Source: Dudresnaya verticillata
Lineage: Eukaryota
Assembly: GCA_977862235.1 (NCBI GenBank)
Contig: OZ374560.1
Span: forward strand, 1,240,001 to 1,304,000
Direction: 5' to 3'
DNA length: 64,000 nt
Shown here: in pieces, positions 12,754 to 24,711 of the stretch
How the letters are laid out: each line of letters starts with the position of its first letter
Numbering within the stretch: position 1 is the stretch's first letter
The notes under the pieces: generated by a model
Seen by the model: the letters and a program-made list of their open reading frames with translations, nothing else
Databases searched by the model: none
Told to the model about the DNA's origin: nothing
Translations under genes and position numbers: made by a program

Positions 12754-13072
12754 AACACTGATTTCAGCCGCTTCAGAATCTACTTTTTCAAACAGAATGG
12801 AAAACGTACCCACTTTATTACTTGTATGTGCAAGGAGAGAGCGAGCTAAGAACAGTGGTGCAATCCGTTTGCTCTCAAGTCAAGCCATTCCATAGTTATG
12901 GCCGTCCGCACACCCATTATATGACCCTTGAAAAGTTTCGAATTACCCCCGAAACTTTCCGAAAATAGTTTCCAGAAATTACCGCACGCCGCCGCGCGCC
13001 CCGCGGGGCCGGAAAGACTTGCCCATAAATGGCACCGGCGCCCCACCAGGCCGCCGCTCAAGTGCCCCATGG
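12754..13072 (+). repeat. Element A left TIR (weaker similarity continues to about 13190)
   Basis: Reverse complement of about 24712-25028. Confidence 0.9.
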
Positions 13073-13461
13073 CAAGCCCCATTCCATGCCCCATGTCGGC
13101 ATTTGCGCCGCGCGCGCCCAGTTTGTGAGTGCAGCACTGTACCCCCTCATCACCCCCGACTGGCACATGCGTCTGTGCCATGCCCCGTTACACCTTTACC
13201 CTTCCTTGGTCGTTGGGCCACCGCGTCATCGTGCGCGCCATCCACCCCACCATGCGCCGAGCACCGAAGACCTCCGCCGCCGCGGCGCGCCTCGCGCCCT
13301 TTCCGCCTTGGGCCGTCTCCATATCGTTCCCGCGGCGCGTCGTTCTCGCGTCCCGTCGTGTTCGCGCCCCTCCGCACCATCACCATCTCGTATCTGCGTC
13401 GCCAGTCGCCTCTATCCCTCATCTCCTCGTTCTTCTCCGCATTGCGCCCTCGTGCACAGCA

Positions 13462-14100
13462 GGTTCCACCGAACGTGTCGAGACCTGAACCTCCCTCAAG
13501 GCAAAAGGTCTGCAACAACTCCCCAATGACAGCCGGGTTCTTCTCTTCGACGAGTACAAGCGATCTCGTGTTTGGTCTCGTCAATTTATCCCTTGGGACT
13601 GGTACGCGTGACACATCAGCGAATCGCCGCTTCTCCGGTGCTTGCAGATCATTGTAGTTGCTTGCTAGGTCTGGTTTATATCCTTTCGGGTGGACGCCTG
13701 GAGCTCCCGCAAAGACTGCAATCTCCGCGGCATTCTGGGGTGCGGTTTGGCCACGGTGTGCCTGCATTGTCGAAGTGTCCTTCATAATCACGTAAGGGTA
13801 AGCGGGGCATTTGAACTGGTACTTCACAAATGCCTCGCGGAATTCCGGGAATAAAAGGAATGACGTAAAGACTACCCATCCACCGGGGATAACAACCGTT
13901 CTTGCGAAAGCCACTAGGGCCTTAATCTCCTCCCCAATCATGAAGTTGTCGTAACTTTCACCAGCCCCAGCCTGAGACTTCTTTGTGCCGTACGGTGGGT
14001 GCGTCAGCAGAATGTCAAACAGTTTGCTCCCTTCCTTGCCCACGGTAGTATCGAACTTCTGCCAACGCATCTGGAAGCACTCCAGTTTCATTTCTTTCAT
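13462..14100 (-). pseudogene. N4-cytosine/N6-adenine DNA methyltransferase domain (beta-class motif order), C-terminally truncated
   Basis: FDILLTHPPYG is motif IV (DPPY with a D>H change). It is followed by PGG.VV, then EKN...GGSGLDTFGGT (motif X/I). Homology to the 62.5-63.3 kb copy stops at about 13462. Confidence 0.8.
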
Positions 14101-15975
14101 ATAGTCTATGTGCTACGTCGCATCGTTGTTATCAGATTGCACACCTTTGGCAGTGTTTAGCGGTTCCGATTACACTGTGGATTCGGACATGACTGCAATG
14201 GCACCGCCAGAATTCTGGGTGTCTTCATCCCCTCTTGCACCTGTCCCGGCTGCGGCTGGATCTTCTCCATGACACGCTTCCTGCGTCGCATTTTTCTCTT
14301 GTGCATCCGATATTAACCCGCCTGATACCGACCGTCCCACTTTTCCAGAAGTCCCATTCGCTGGTAAAGTCGCTGTTTCGGGTTCCTTTGGGGAACCAGC
14401 GGCTCCCTCGACATTGCATTCACCAGGAACAGAATCCTGTTCCATATCACCGGGAGTAGTACCCTGTGCTTTGGGTACTGTCTGGCCTTCATTAGGCTTC
14501 TTTTTGTTTTGAGCTTCTCGGGCAGTGAGAATGACGTGCTCGCGAAACGTTTTTAGTTTGAAAGGGGCTTCTTGAGGGCATGAATCCTTGTACAGTGACA
14601 TGATTGACTTCAGCAGGTCGTGATCGTTACCCCTGTTCATGGTTATCTCCAAATCCAGCTTCGTACTTTTCAACAGGTTCTCGCGAAACGTAATCATAGC
14701 TTGCGGCCATTCCTTCCGTTCCCTGACGAGTTCGAATTTATGGACCTCTCTCATCGCGGCTTTTGTCTTTTCAAATGGTTCTGTTGTGAATCGATGTGGC
14801 ATCGGCTTGAAGCTATGATTCTGTGACAACTCCCGACGCCTGTAGAGTGTTGCTACCTGCGTCTCCACGGCGTTATCCGAAAACCCGGCATTCATAAAAG
14901 CCCTTGATGATCGTAGTGTATATATGCGAGAAAACGTCCGATACACACGGCAACCCATTGCCTGCATCGCGGTTGGCCTATCCATTGCTCTTCCTGACGT
15001 TTTGAAGGCCTGATGGGAGGCTAACTTATGGGAATTCCTCATTCATGATGACACCGACCGCTTGAATCGTCTCCCTGGGTAATCGAAGAAAGCTTCCCGA
15101 AGTCTGCTTTATGGTGTTATCCGTCAGGTGTCTGCAGCCGTCGTATGCTCGCGCAACAGCAACAGCAGTTGGTGTCTTCCCATTGTTTTCAGCAGTAAAT
15201 CGGTCAGTTTCAGCTCTTAGTCCACTGAGCACATCGTAGAATGTAGTTTCTATGTAGAAAGAATAATCTTGCTTGCTGTTTTGATGCCTTGCCAGTTGCC
15301 GGAGGACTTGAACATCGTGACCGCCCTTCAATACTGTTACAGGGAGAGCAAAAGCCTTCCGCCTGTCGTAGTCCTCCTGATTTAGTTCTAATACAACGCC
15401 AACCCTGTGTTGCCCATCCACAACTCCATACCAGTCCGAACGTGACTCATGCAGTTCCTTTACCTGCTCCTCACAAAAGGGAGATCCATCAGGATTCCGT
15501 TTGGATGTAAGGTACTTGTTTACGTATCGACGCAAAGTGCCGGTCAGCTTCACCACTATTGGGGCATCGGACCTTGCCACGAATCCGGAGTTGGAGTGGT
15601 CGGAGTTAGGATTCGGAGCACCGCGGAAGATCAACTTTAACCTCTCCACGCCATACAGCACAATGGGCCGAATTTCAGAAACGGTACGTATGCCTTCCGA
15701 TCAACCCGGCAGTTCACGGACCCTTCCATTACCTCCACAAACAACGCTGCTGCAGCATCTCAAGCGTTCCTGGAGGCAGCAGCATCTTGGGGTACTCCTT
15801 TGCTCTTTCTCCTGCTCCCACCCATTTTGGCAGGTTGACATAGAAGATGTGACTGTCGTGGATTACAAAGCCTTTCCTTCGGATTAGAACTGGAAACGTT
15901 TCCAGGGTATACACGGGGAACAAGACTTTCAAAATAGGCGGGAAACGTGCTGAGGTCTGTTTGGACGTACCGCAT
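14101..15975 (-). pseudogene. ParB/Sulfiredoxin-like (DGQHR) domain + helical middle region + linker, apparently fused to the methyltransferase
   Basis: IRPIVLYGVERLK...WYGVVDGQHRVGVVLEL...LPVTVL...LRQLARHQN. Frameshift near 15030. ORF 14170-15042 is in frame with the MTase across two stop codons. Confidence 0.7.
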
Positions 15976-17371
15976 CCACCGGCGGTGTTGGGATCTGAAA
16001 GCAGATCCGAGACCCTAAGTTCGCTCTGAAGTCAGGATTCTGATCTGATTCCGTTCATAAATTACGGTCACGAACACGGTATCGAAACATGCCGTACAGG
16101 CATTTTCTACTCTGCAGTTCTCCGTGAACAGAATATCGCTCGTGATCACATAACGCCAGGCCATGCAAAATGCCTTCCCTTGGCGTCGGTAGTCAACCTG
16201 TGCAGTCTCTTCGGTGCGCGCGGTGCGCGCGGGTCGCACGGTTCTCCATAGGGGACGGCGGCGCGCGGGTGGGGTCGGGTGGGAGGGTACCTGAACTTAA
16301 CGGCATAGTGAAACCGTACGGTAATACCCAGCGTCGCAAAGTCTCACGGACTTCAGTGCACGGAATACAGTACGCTCCGCGGAGCGGGAGGCTGAGAGCA
16401 GGACGTTCAATTCCCGTTAATCGGTCCTGCAGCGGCACATTTTGTATTGTACAGTCGGTTCCCACGGACCGTTACGGTGGACCGTGGATCCATGGTAGGA
16501 AATCGTTCGTACAGTCGGTACGATACCACCTTCCAATAATGTGCTGGTATCACGCCACACACGCGCGTGTGGCTTGTACCGAAACGTGTTATCGGATAGG
16601 TTTTGAGATTGGTGGCGGTTGATAACTATTGGAGCAATACCAGTATTGCATGAAAGCTTTTCATCCAATCACCAAATCAATATCTGTTTAATTGCAAATG
16701 AGATGCGTCAGCCGAAAAGCTTGATAGATATTATCCAACGGCAATTACACGAGCTTTCAAATAGCTATCACTTCGGGCCACACACCAAAAGCTAAATAGC
16801 TTTTCGCCACCCGCATTTCGCATTGCTTCCAGATAGCTTTCTGTCCGGTGCCGCGGCCGAGAACCATTTGAGCAATACAAGTATTGCTCAATAGCTTTTC
16901 AGATCTCGCACGCTCAATATCTATATCTTGCCCGGGCTCATGCGCCCCCTCCCAGACGCATTGTAGTACACGCCTCGCCACCAACTGCACGCCACCCGTC
17001 CCTCACCCTCGCCGCGTCGACACCCCCTCGTTCTCGCGTCTCAGAGATGCCAACAGTACTGTGTTACGCGGCAGCAAGTCCTCCCGCAACGGCATCAGTA
17101 GCAGCAGCAGTCAGCAGACGCGTCAGGAAGCGGCGCCATGGCGGGTGCACCTGCTCAAGTGCGCCGCGCACCGTTCCCTCATCAGCACCAAGCTCGTACT
17201 ACTCTCTCGCGTCGGTCTTTCAAGGCAGACCCAGCGCCCGCGTGCTTATACTGGTACACCAGACGATATATATACTCTGAAGTGTTCCACAACAGGATTC
17301 TGTTTACTAAGTTCGTACACCGCACAAGCTGTAAAAGATGGTACATACAGGCGTACGCCGTGAGCAGCTCG

Positions 17372-20300
17372 TCATGACATCTGCAGTGATTCCCTTATCT
17401 TCTTCCTAGCCGCGACAGGTATAGTAGCCTTGCTGAGGAACGGGAACTCCACCAGCACCGTGTCGACGGAGATTGTTTCTTTCCACGGTCTGCTGCGCAG
17501 AAAGCAGGGTTTGTACCTTCCCGTCCATGGCCCCTCGTTCGCACGAACCTCGTACCAGTGAACGTACAACCTCGACACGACATTAGTATCGAAGGTTCCG
17601 AGAAAGTCCGTGACCTGCGCTATCCAAAACGGGATGTTTGCCGTGTCTTTCAAGTCCCGGGGATCAGGGCTCAGTGCTACGAAACTGTTCTTCGTGTAGG
17701 TAAGGTCTACAGTAGGATCCGCGGCAGGCATTTCGATACCTTCCCCGTCGACCACCTCGTCCTCTAAAACCCCATCTGCAGCCTTATAGGTCCCGTTAAG
17801 CTCGAAAGCTTCATCCAGATTCCAATGAAATGGCTCCTCCCTGTCCCTGTACACATGATCTCGAAGCTTTTGTAGCGACCTCATCTTCGCAGTGCTATTG
17901 CTGCACGGCTCTTCTGTCCTCAAGCGGTCGTTGACCTCTTTAATATCCGGGGGAGTACGAGCAGGAGTGTCGGGCGTTCTCTTCAAGTCCGGCGCGAACA
18001 GAATGAATCCGACTTGATTGCTGTTCGTATTCAGCGGGACGAACTCATCACTGCAACCAATCTTGACCTGGAAGCCTGTCTTGAATGTCGCATTTGTGAT
18101 GGGCACTCCGACCACTCGGTGGAACTTGAAGAATCGGTAATGCTTGAAAGACTCGATCTTGCCAATGGACTTCTCAGCCTTGCAAAGTCCAGAGAAGTTT
18201 GCTATGTGCAATAGTCGGTTTTTAATGGGCTGGGGGTTGTAGGATTTCGTCAACTCCTCCAACAAATTATCCATAGTGACTGAATCGTTGGCCTTCAGTC
18301 TTACAGATTTGCAGCTGAATGAATCGTTGGCCTTCAGTCTTCCAGATGTGCAGCTGAATACCTGGTCAATGTCTGCGTGCGTGTACCCGATGGGCAAGAA
18401 CGACACATGGACCTCCATGAAGACTCCCCAGGCAACCAAAAATCCACAGTACGACATCAGGAATGTGTTCTTGTTTTCCCGTGAGCAATCGTCGACCTGC
18501 AAGTAGAGTGTCCCCCTCACTCCGCCCTGTCCTTCTTGATCATGAACACTCTGTGGAGAGCTTCTATTATATGGTTGGCCCTGGTTTTGAACTCTGCAGT
18601 CATTGTGTACAAATAGAGCTGCTTGGTCGCTCCATGCTCCAAAACCCCACTAGTTTGGCCTTAATCTCATGACCGGTCGTGCTCTTCATATTAACAGGGA
18701 AATGTGGAAGCCCAAATTCGGACTGGTCCGCTCCATCAATTATAACAGAACAGAATTCTGTCGGATAAAGTGCAGCCATCTCCGTCTTCTTCCTGTACTC
18801 GCACCGCTCCTTCCATGCAATAGCAATATGCTTGCTGCGGCGTGCACGAAGTTCCTCTGTGGCACTCGAATTGGTCCCTGCTTTCGCTAACAAGTCCCGG
18901 ATTTTCTCACATTCTGTACAATTGGTGAACCTGTGCACTTTCCGCGCTTTGATATGACTGCAGTGCTTTTGCCAAACGTCACAAAAGTAGCTTATCACTG
19001 CAGGGATACGATCCGTGTAGAGTTTGCGATGCTCTGCGACATAAATGTCGTAGATAGCCTTCCTTTTGAAGAAAGGAAGGTGCGCCTCCTCACTGTCTGG
19101 CATGCAGTCCGCCGACGCCTCTGCAAGTCGCTCCAGAAAAGTAACAACTATATTACGTTGGTCGGCAGCAACATCCGGTGATCCTCCCTGCACGCAATCC
19201 AGCTTACTGCTTTGCGGTGTTTCCTTCACGCACGCCTGCAAGTCTCGTGAGAATGCAAATACCTCGAGGAGGAAGGCATAGCACACGGCAACGCCGGAGA
19301 AGTAAAACTTGTTCTTGTTTCCTTGCAGTAATGTCTGCAAGTAAGAACTTCCATCCTCTGCATCCATGAGCAGGACGCGTCTCGCCTCCGCCCTAACAAA
19401 TAACGCCTCCATACTAGAGAAGCATTTTCGGGTACAGCACTTCATCCGCTTCACATCTCCGTTCTCCAACTTGCACAAAAGTTTCTTCCTCCGGGTCAGC
19501 AGCAAGCCTTTACCCTTCGCCTTTTCCTGCTACTGCGGTAGGTGTACTTGCGCTTCCCACGGGCATTTCTAGCGGAGTGACCTCCGGAAGGTCTTCCAGG
19601 ATTCTGTTCGACATTATCGACATTGTCATCGGCATCCTGTGCACCTCGATACAAGCCACGATCGCCCTGTTCACCACCTGCATCCGACGGCGGGTCATTC
19701 TTCCCATTCACCTTCCCTATCTTGCGCAAGGAACCCCTTTCAACTTCTTTGCCCGGGTCCACACTCTCGGATGTAGCATAGGAGGGCGTTTCATATTCTG
19801 ATGCAGACTCAGAGTGCGAATGTGACTCGGAGCCGTCTGCAGACACCCTTCGGCTGACCGTGGGATGCTTTCTCTTCGACCCCAAGGGCGCCCTGGCGAC
19901 AGGGGACGTTTATTCCCTGGCCCAGACCGGCCGCTCCTGCTTCGGAAGCGGAATCCGCTAGCAACAATTGTCGCGGCCGTGGGCAACACCGGGCGCGAAG
20001 ATGGCTTTTTGGGGCGGGGCCGCATCTTGGGTCGCTGCTCCGGGGTGTGGACTAGAAGCTGAATGGATCCAACACTGTCCTCCTTGACATCACCATCTGT
20101 CGACACGGGATTTATGGACGCCGAGGACGCTCGCGGCGTTAGACGACTTGGAACGGCGCGCTCAGCACTAGCCTCCGCCCCACGTGGGATACGCCGCTCG
20201 CGCATACTGTGCAAATTCCAGGCGTGGAAACCGCCGGCAAGCTCGTTAAGGCTGTCTGGAACAGTGTCCAGGCTTTTGTAGGTGTATGGATACTTGCGGG

Positions 20301-20553
20301 CGGCATATTCCTTCTCGATTTCAACGTTACGAACAACAGCCAGGAACTGCCCCTTCTTCCCCAGCTTGCAGAGTTCGTGGTTGTGCACCACAACGCAGTA
20401 CTTCCCACTCTTGTCCGCTCTTGAGGGTACCATCGGCTTGAAAATTCTCGCACACCCCACGTTCGTGCCTTTCAAAAAAAGATTTACCATCCCATCCCCA
20501 TCCTCACCGATCACCATGATGTGCGTGTGAGGACCAGCACTAGAGGGGCGCAA
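17372..20553 (-). pseudogene. DDD-type RNase-H-fold transposase-like gene (Sola-like), frameshifted
   Basis: Cys motifs KCCTRKC and CTEC, then SVIIDGADQS, LYLQVDDCSRENKN and FLPIGYTHADIDQVFS. These match the QxDNCxxxNKN...GHTHxDxDxxF transposase-derived family. The ORFs at 19496-20553 may be its N-terminus. A 39-bp in-frame duplication lies at about 18282-18359. Confidence 0.7.
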
Positions 20554-22024
20554 CGAAAGCGCGTATCGGCGCGTTGAGAAGAATGCAGATAAACGGAAAG
20601 GGATTTATCTGTAAAGATTAGGTCCGGTGTGCGACAATGGCGCTGGGACAGCTGCACAGGATGCTGGTTACCAAAATGAACTGGCGCACGGCTCGGAGTC
20701 GCTCAACACCATGTGGTGGCGGTTTATACCGTTCGTGGTTTAGGTGAACCAGGGTTTGGCGAGGGAGGTACTGGTAATGGACTTTCCACCACACATTCGC
20801 GATACAATCACACCAGCGGGCGGTTTGATTGCCCGCAGAATTCTGTTTGGCGCAACCAGAATTCTGAACCGTTCCATCGTTCTCCGATAAGACAGCTCAG
20901 AAGATCCCTTACAGACAACCCGAATACCATCGCTCTCAAATAATTTCGAAGAACAATGAAGAGAGTTCTCGAAGTCCATAGTTCAGGAGATGAAAGTGGG
21001 AAAAGACAGACAGAAGAAGAAAACACTGGGCGGCGTTCAAATGGAAGAGTGTCTGAGCATCCAGACAGAAATTCCGCCCACAAGGTAGACTCCCAGCCTA
21101 CCGTAGATCGTTCAAAAAGTGCTGAGGCAAGTACAGGGAAGACCCCTGCGGACATTCAAACGAACGGAGCGCCAGCAAACACTTTACTCACTCCGCTACA
21201 GCCACCTCCTCGCAATCTCTCGAAAGCTTCACCTTCTCGTAATACGAACGCCAGCGGAGAGAGTGCTATGATGGGGACACGTCAAGAAGTTCTTGGTTCT
21301 AAGAACGCAGCACAGCAAACAGAATTTCACGGTCGAAGCCAACTACTCTCCAGAGGGGCAGTTTTTGCGTTGCTTGCTGTGCTTAGCAGCGAAGTGCCGC
21401 GCAGGAAGAGCAAGCTTGAAGGGACCCCAGTCGGGGTGCCAGACCGTATTGAAATTCCGTACAAACGATCCATTATGAACGAAGTAGCTAGGATGTTAGA
21501 AAGCGAGCAACAGCCGCCACAGATAACGAGGGAGAGGTGAAGAAACATAGTTAGGGTGCAGAACTATAGTTCTGCGGGCATGCTGACTAAGTAACACCGA
21601 AAGCAGGCGATATTGGTTTCGAAGGGAAGCTGCATTCTATACACGACAGCGCACAAGGAGAGATGCCAGTCTCAGAATTTCAGAAACCCAGAAGCATTCT
21701 TCCTTTTAGTGGACCTCTTCAAGTACTCCACCGACCAATAGCGTGTCATGATTTCTGCAGCATGTCGCCGCCATTGCCGCCGCCACCCATGTGCCACCCT
21801 ACCCATGTTCACCATATGATGCATCATATTCGGCGGCATCATCAACACTAGTGTTAAAGCTTTCGGCTTTCTGGACGGAGACGCCGCCGACCCTCATTCT
21901 ATCAACTTCAATAACAACACCTCCAAGATTGGCTCATACGCCAAGTAGTTTATCGTCCTGGCCGCTTTTGCCTTTGACGTCTCGCTCATTCAGGTCCATT
22001 TGATACTCATCTTCATACAGGGTT

Positions 22025-23525
22025 TCTACGCCCGCCTGCGTCGCAAGTTCTTCGAGAGAATCATGTCCCAGGATTATACCTGGGTTGGCCACAACGACGG
22101 TGGTGAGCTCACGGACCGCGTCGCAGGAGATTCCAATCATACTAAGAGCGGCATTGGCGACAAGCTTACTAGCGCCATCCATTGCTTTGCTATGTTCATC
22201 ATCGGTGCCATAATCGCGTTTGTGTATGGTCTGCTGCTCACCCTGGTCATCCTACCGTTGCCCTTCTGCTCATCGGAGGTGATGCAATCTTCTCAAGTTC
22301 GCCACTGTGACAGAGAGTACTGGCGATGGTCTCGGTGCGTATTGTGCCGCTGGCGCCATCGTTAGTGAGGTCATGGGCCTCATTCGTACTATCACCGCCT
22401 ATGGCGGACAGTAAAGCGAAGCGAAACGCTATCAAGCCGACTCGGCTCTCAGATCTCGGAGCTGCACAGTGCGTAAAAGCAGACTCTCGCAAGTCTACAT
22501 TTGCCGTCATTGGCTTTGGCCTGTGGTTTTTCATAATCTTGGTCGACTAATCGCGAGATTCTATGATGTGGAAGAAGGGGCTGTTTAGTTTCATGGGGTG
22601 AACGTGCGAGCTCTGAATGGTCGGTGGCTCCGTGCCCAGATTGGGTATGTAGGTCTAATGCCACGGATGTGAATGTGGATGAGAAGACCAAGAAGACAGT
22701 GCTCACAAGACGTGCAGTGCACCGCGTATGTCGGAGGAAGAGATTGTCAATGCGGCGAGGCAGGCTAACGCGCATGTCGGAGGAAGAGATTGTCAATGCG
22801 GCGAGTCAGGCGAACGCGCATGGCTTCGTCATGAAACTGTCAGAGAAGTAGAATATGATGTTGGGAGAGCTCTCCAGAATTCTGCTTAAGCTGCTTAAGC
22901 TGGCTTCGTGCTTTGCTAGAGTGCATGCACCATGGTGGAAAAAGGCAGAGGGTTTAAATTGAAGAGGGCACCGACCCGCAACTCGAAGATACTGTTCCTT
23001 TACGAGTCGACTGCTGCTCTGGGTGCGCAGTCAGAGAGGGTTGTACAGGACGAAATGGAGAAGGCATCAGCTGGTCTAACTGCGGTAACAATTGCGCACC
23101 GTCTGGGCCTAGTGAGAATTGTGACAATATCTTTGTGAATGATCACGGACGAGTAGTTGAGTCTGGGAGTCACAACGACTTGGTCCGTGTGGAAGACGGG
23201 GCATATCGAACTTTGATAGAACATGAAAATGTGTAAGCTAAGAACGTTGAGGAGATCAACAGCAAAGCTCCTAATGATGGGACGACAGGAAAGGCGGAGG
23301 CTTACGTGTCCAAGAATTCAGTGTTGAAAAGACTGCAAGCACGCGCTATAGATGAGTCTGAAGAAGAAGGGAGAGAACCGGACGTAGATAGTGGGGCTCT
23401 TTTCCGAGCGTTCCGTCTGAACACTACCGAGCTTCCGCTTATTTCTCTAGGCGCTGTGGGTGGTGTGGGTGGCGTAATGACTGCAGCTACACTCCCAGCA
23501 ATGGTCATTGTGTTTTCGAAGGCAA
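22025..23525 (+). pseudogene. Captured, decayed fragments of an ABCB/P-glycoprotein (MDR) transporter
   Basis: ARLRRKFFERIMSQDYTW...GELTDRVAGD...GIGDKL (TMD1), EEIVNAASQANAHGFVMKL, and KILFLYESTAAL..QSERVVQ...TIAHRL (NBD). Many stops and deletions. A 46-bp duplication lies at about 22728-22830. Confidence 0.85.
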
Positions 23526-24102
23526 CGAATGGTAAGACGCTGGAATCAGCGAAACATCAGTGCTCGGAGTCGCAGCACGCGTTGGCGAACCGATTCCTTG
23601 GTCTGCAGCAGCCAGTACACTATGCCATAATGCAGACAGCGAGTAATCATTCTCCCGGAAAAGCTCCTTGGAGTGGGAATACGTTTCAACAACGAGCCTG
23701 CCTCCGACTGCATCTGATTTCAACCATGATGAGCTAGTGTTGTTCTTGACTACCTGGTTCAAGTCACGCGAAAGCTGATAATTCCAAAAGTCATCGACTG
23801 ACGGCGAAGCAGAAACGAAAGGCCCATCACACCATTGCCGTCGCGTGCGTGTGTGCAGTGGCATCCTCGTCTCAGTCATGGCGCATTCCCCGGCGTGGCG
23901 CAGCTCAGAAGACGCGACGCATCGCGTCCGGGCCTTGCGTCGGAGCTGCGCTTGTGCTCCAACGAACCTTCGAGCACTGCAGGGCTACCATAGTCCACTA
24001 AGGGGCATCTCCTCCACAAATACCCCTGCTACCATGATGACTTCTTGAGCGCCACTGCGAGGATTGCGGGTAGTCTATTCTCTGCTCCTTCATCGTTAAC
24101 GC

Positions 24103-24410
24103 TCAATTGAGCTTGGGGGCGGGGGCGGCGTTCTGAAAAGCATTGAAGAAGGCCGAGGCGACGCGGGGAGTGGGAGCGGCTGGGCCCTTGCGGGCGGAGC
24201 GCGAGGAGGCATTGGGCTTGCGCTTGCGGGATTCTAGAAGCCCCGCGCGCTCTACGGAGAGCTCGTCCTCGAGCTCGAACTCGCGCTCAAGCGCGTTGTC
24301 GGCGGGGTCGAAGCCGTCCGCGGCCGGATGGTTGTTGTCGTCGATGAAGTCGCGGGCTTCCTTGCGCTTGCGCGCGGCGATGGCGGCGTAGGTCTCCACG
24401 TGCACCAATG
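24103..24410 (-). pseudogene. Possible captured fragment of the DNA polymerase alpha catalytic subunit N-terminus
   Basis: VHVETYAAIAARKRKEARDFIDD resembles the Pol alpha N-terminal motif (V.E.EY..lv..RR.E...FI.DD). Short match only. Confidence 0.4.
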
Positions 24411-24711
24411 AAGACGTGTGCAGCGTGCACATGACAATTTGTTAGTGCGGTGCGGGCGCGAGGCGGTGCGGGCACGAGGTGGCGAGGTGGCTAGGGCGCG
24501 ACGTGACTCGAGCACGAGGCGGCGCGCGTGCGAGGTGCCGAGGTGGCGGGACGTTTGGTTGGGTAGAGGGTGCTAAAGGCGACGCGGCGTGGTACGACGG
24601 TGACGGGTCATGCTGAACCGCACTCGCCGGTGAGTTTCAGGTGGTGCAGCACTGCGTGTAGTGGCATGGGTGCTCCCTGAGGAAGCTGCGAAAATGCCCC
24701 ACCCCATACTG

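Noticed and set aside
12754..12765. Assigning elements A and B to CACTA/EnSpm because of CACTG near the end
   Set aside because: The direct TSDs only appear when the terminal AA/TT is included. They are 4 bp in both elements, and no TnpD-like transposase is seen.
12846..13657. Overlapping ORFs across the left TIR of element A (and similar ORFs at 24573-25099, 52609-53190 and 59463-60140)
   Set aside because: These are stop-poor, GC-rich TIR sequence. The similarity between these ORFs reflects the inverted repeat, not coding.
15380..15440. DGQHR motif as evidence of a bacterial Dnd phosphorothioation (DndB) locus or a prophage
   Set aside because: There are no other dnd, restriction or phage genes and no operon structure. 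The gene is embedded among eukaryotic LTR and TIR elements.
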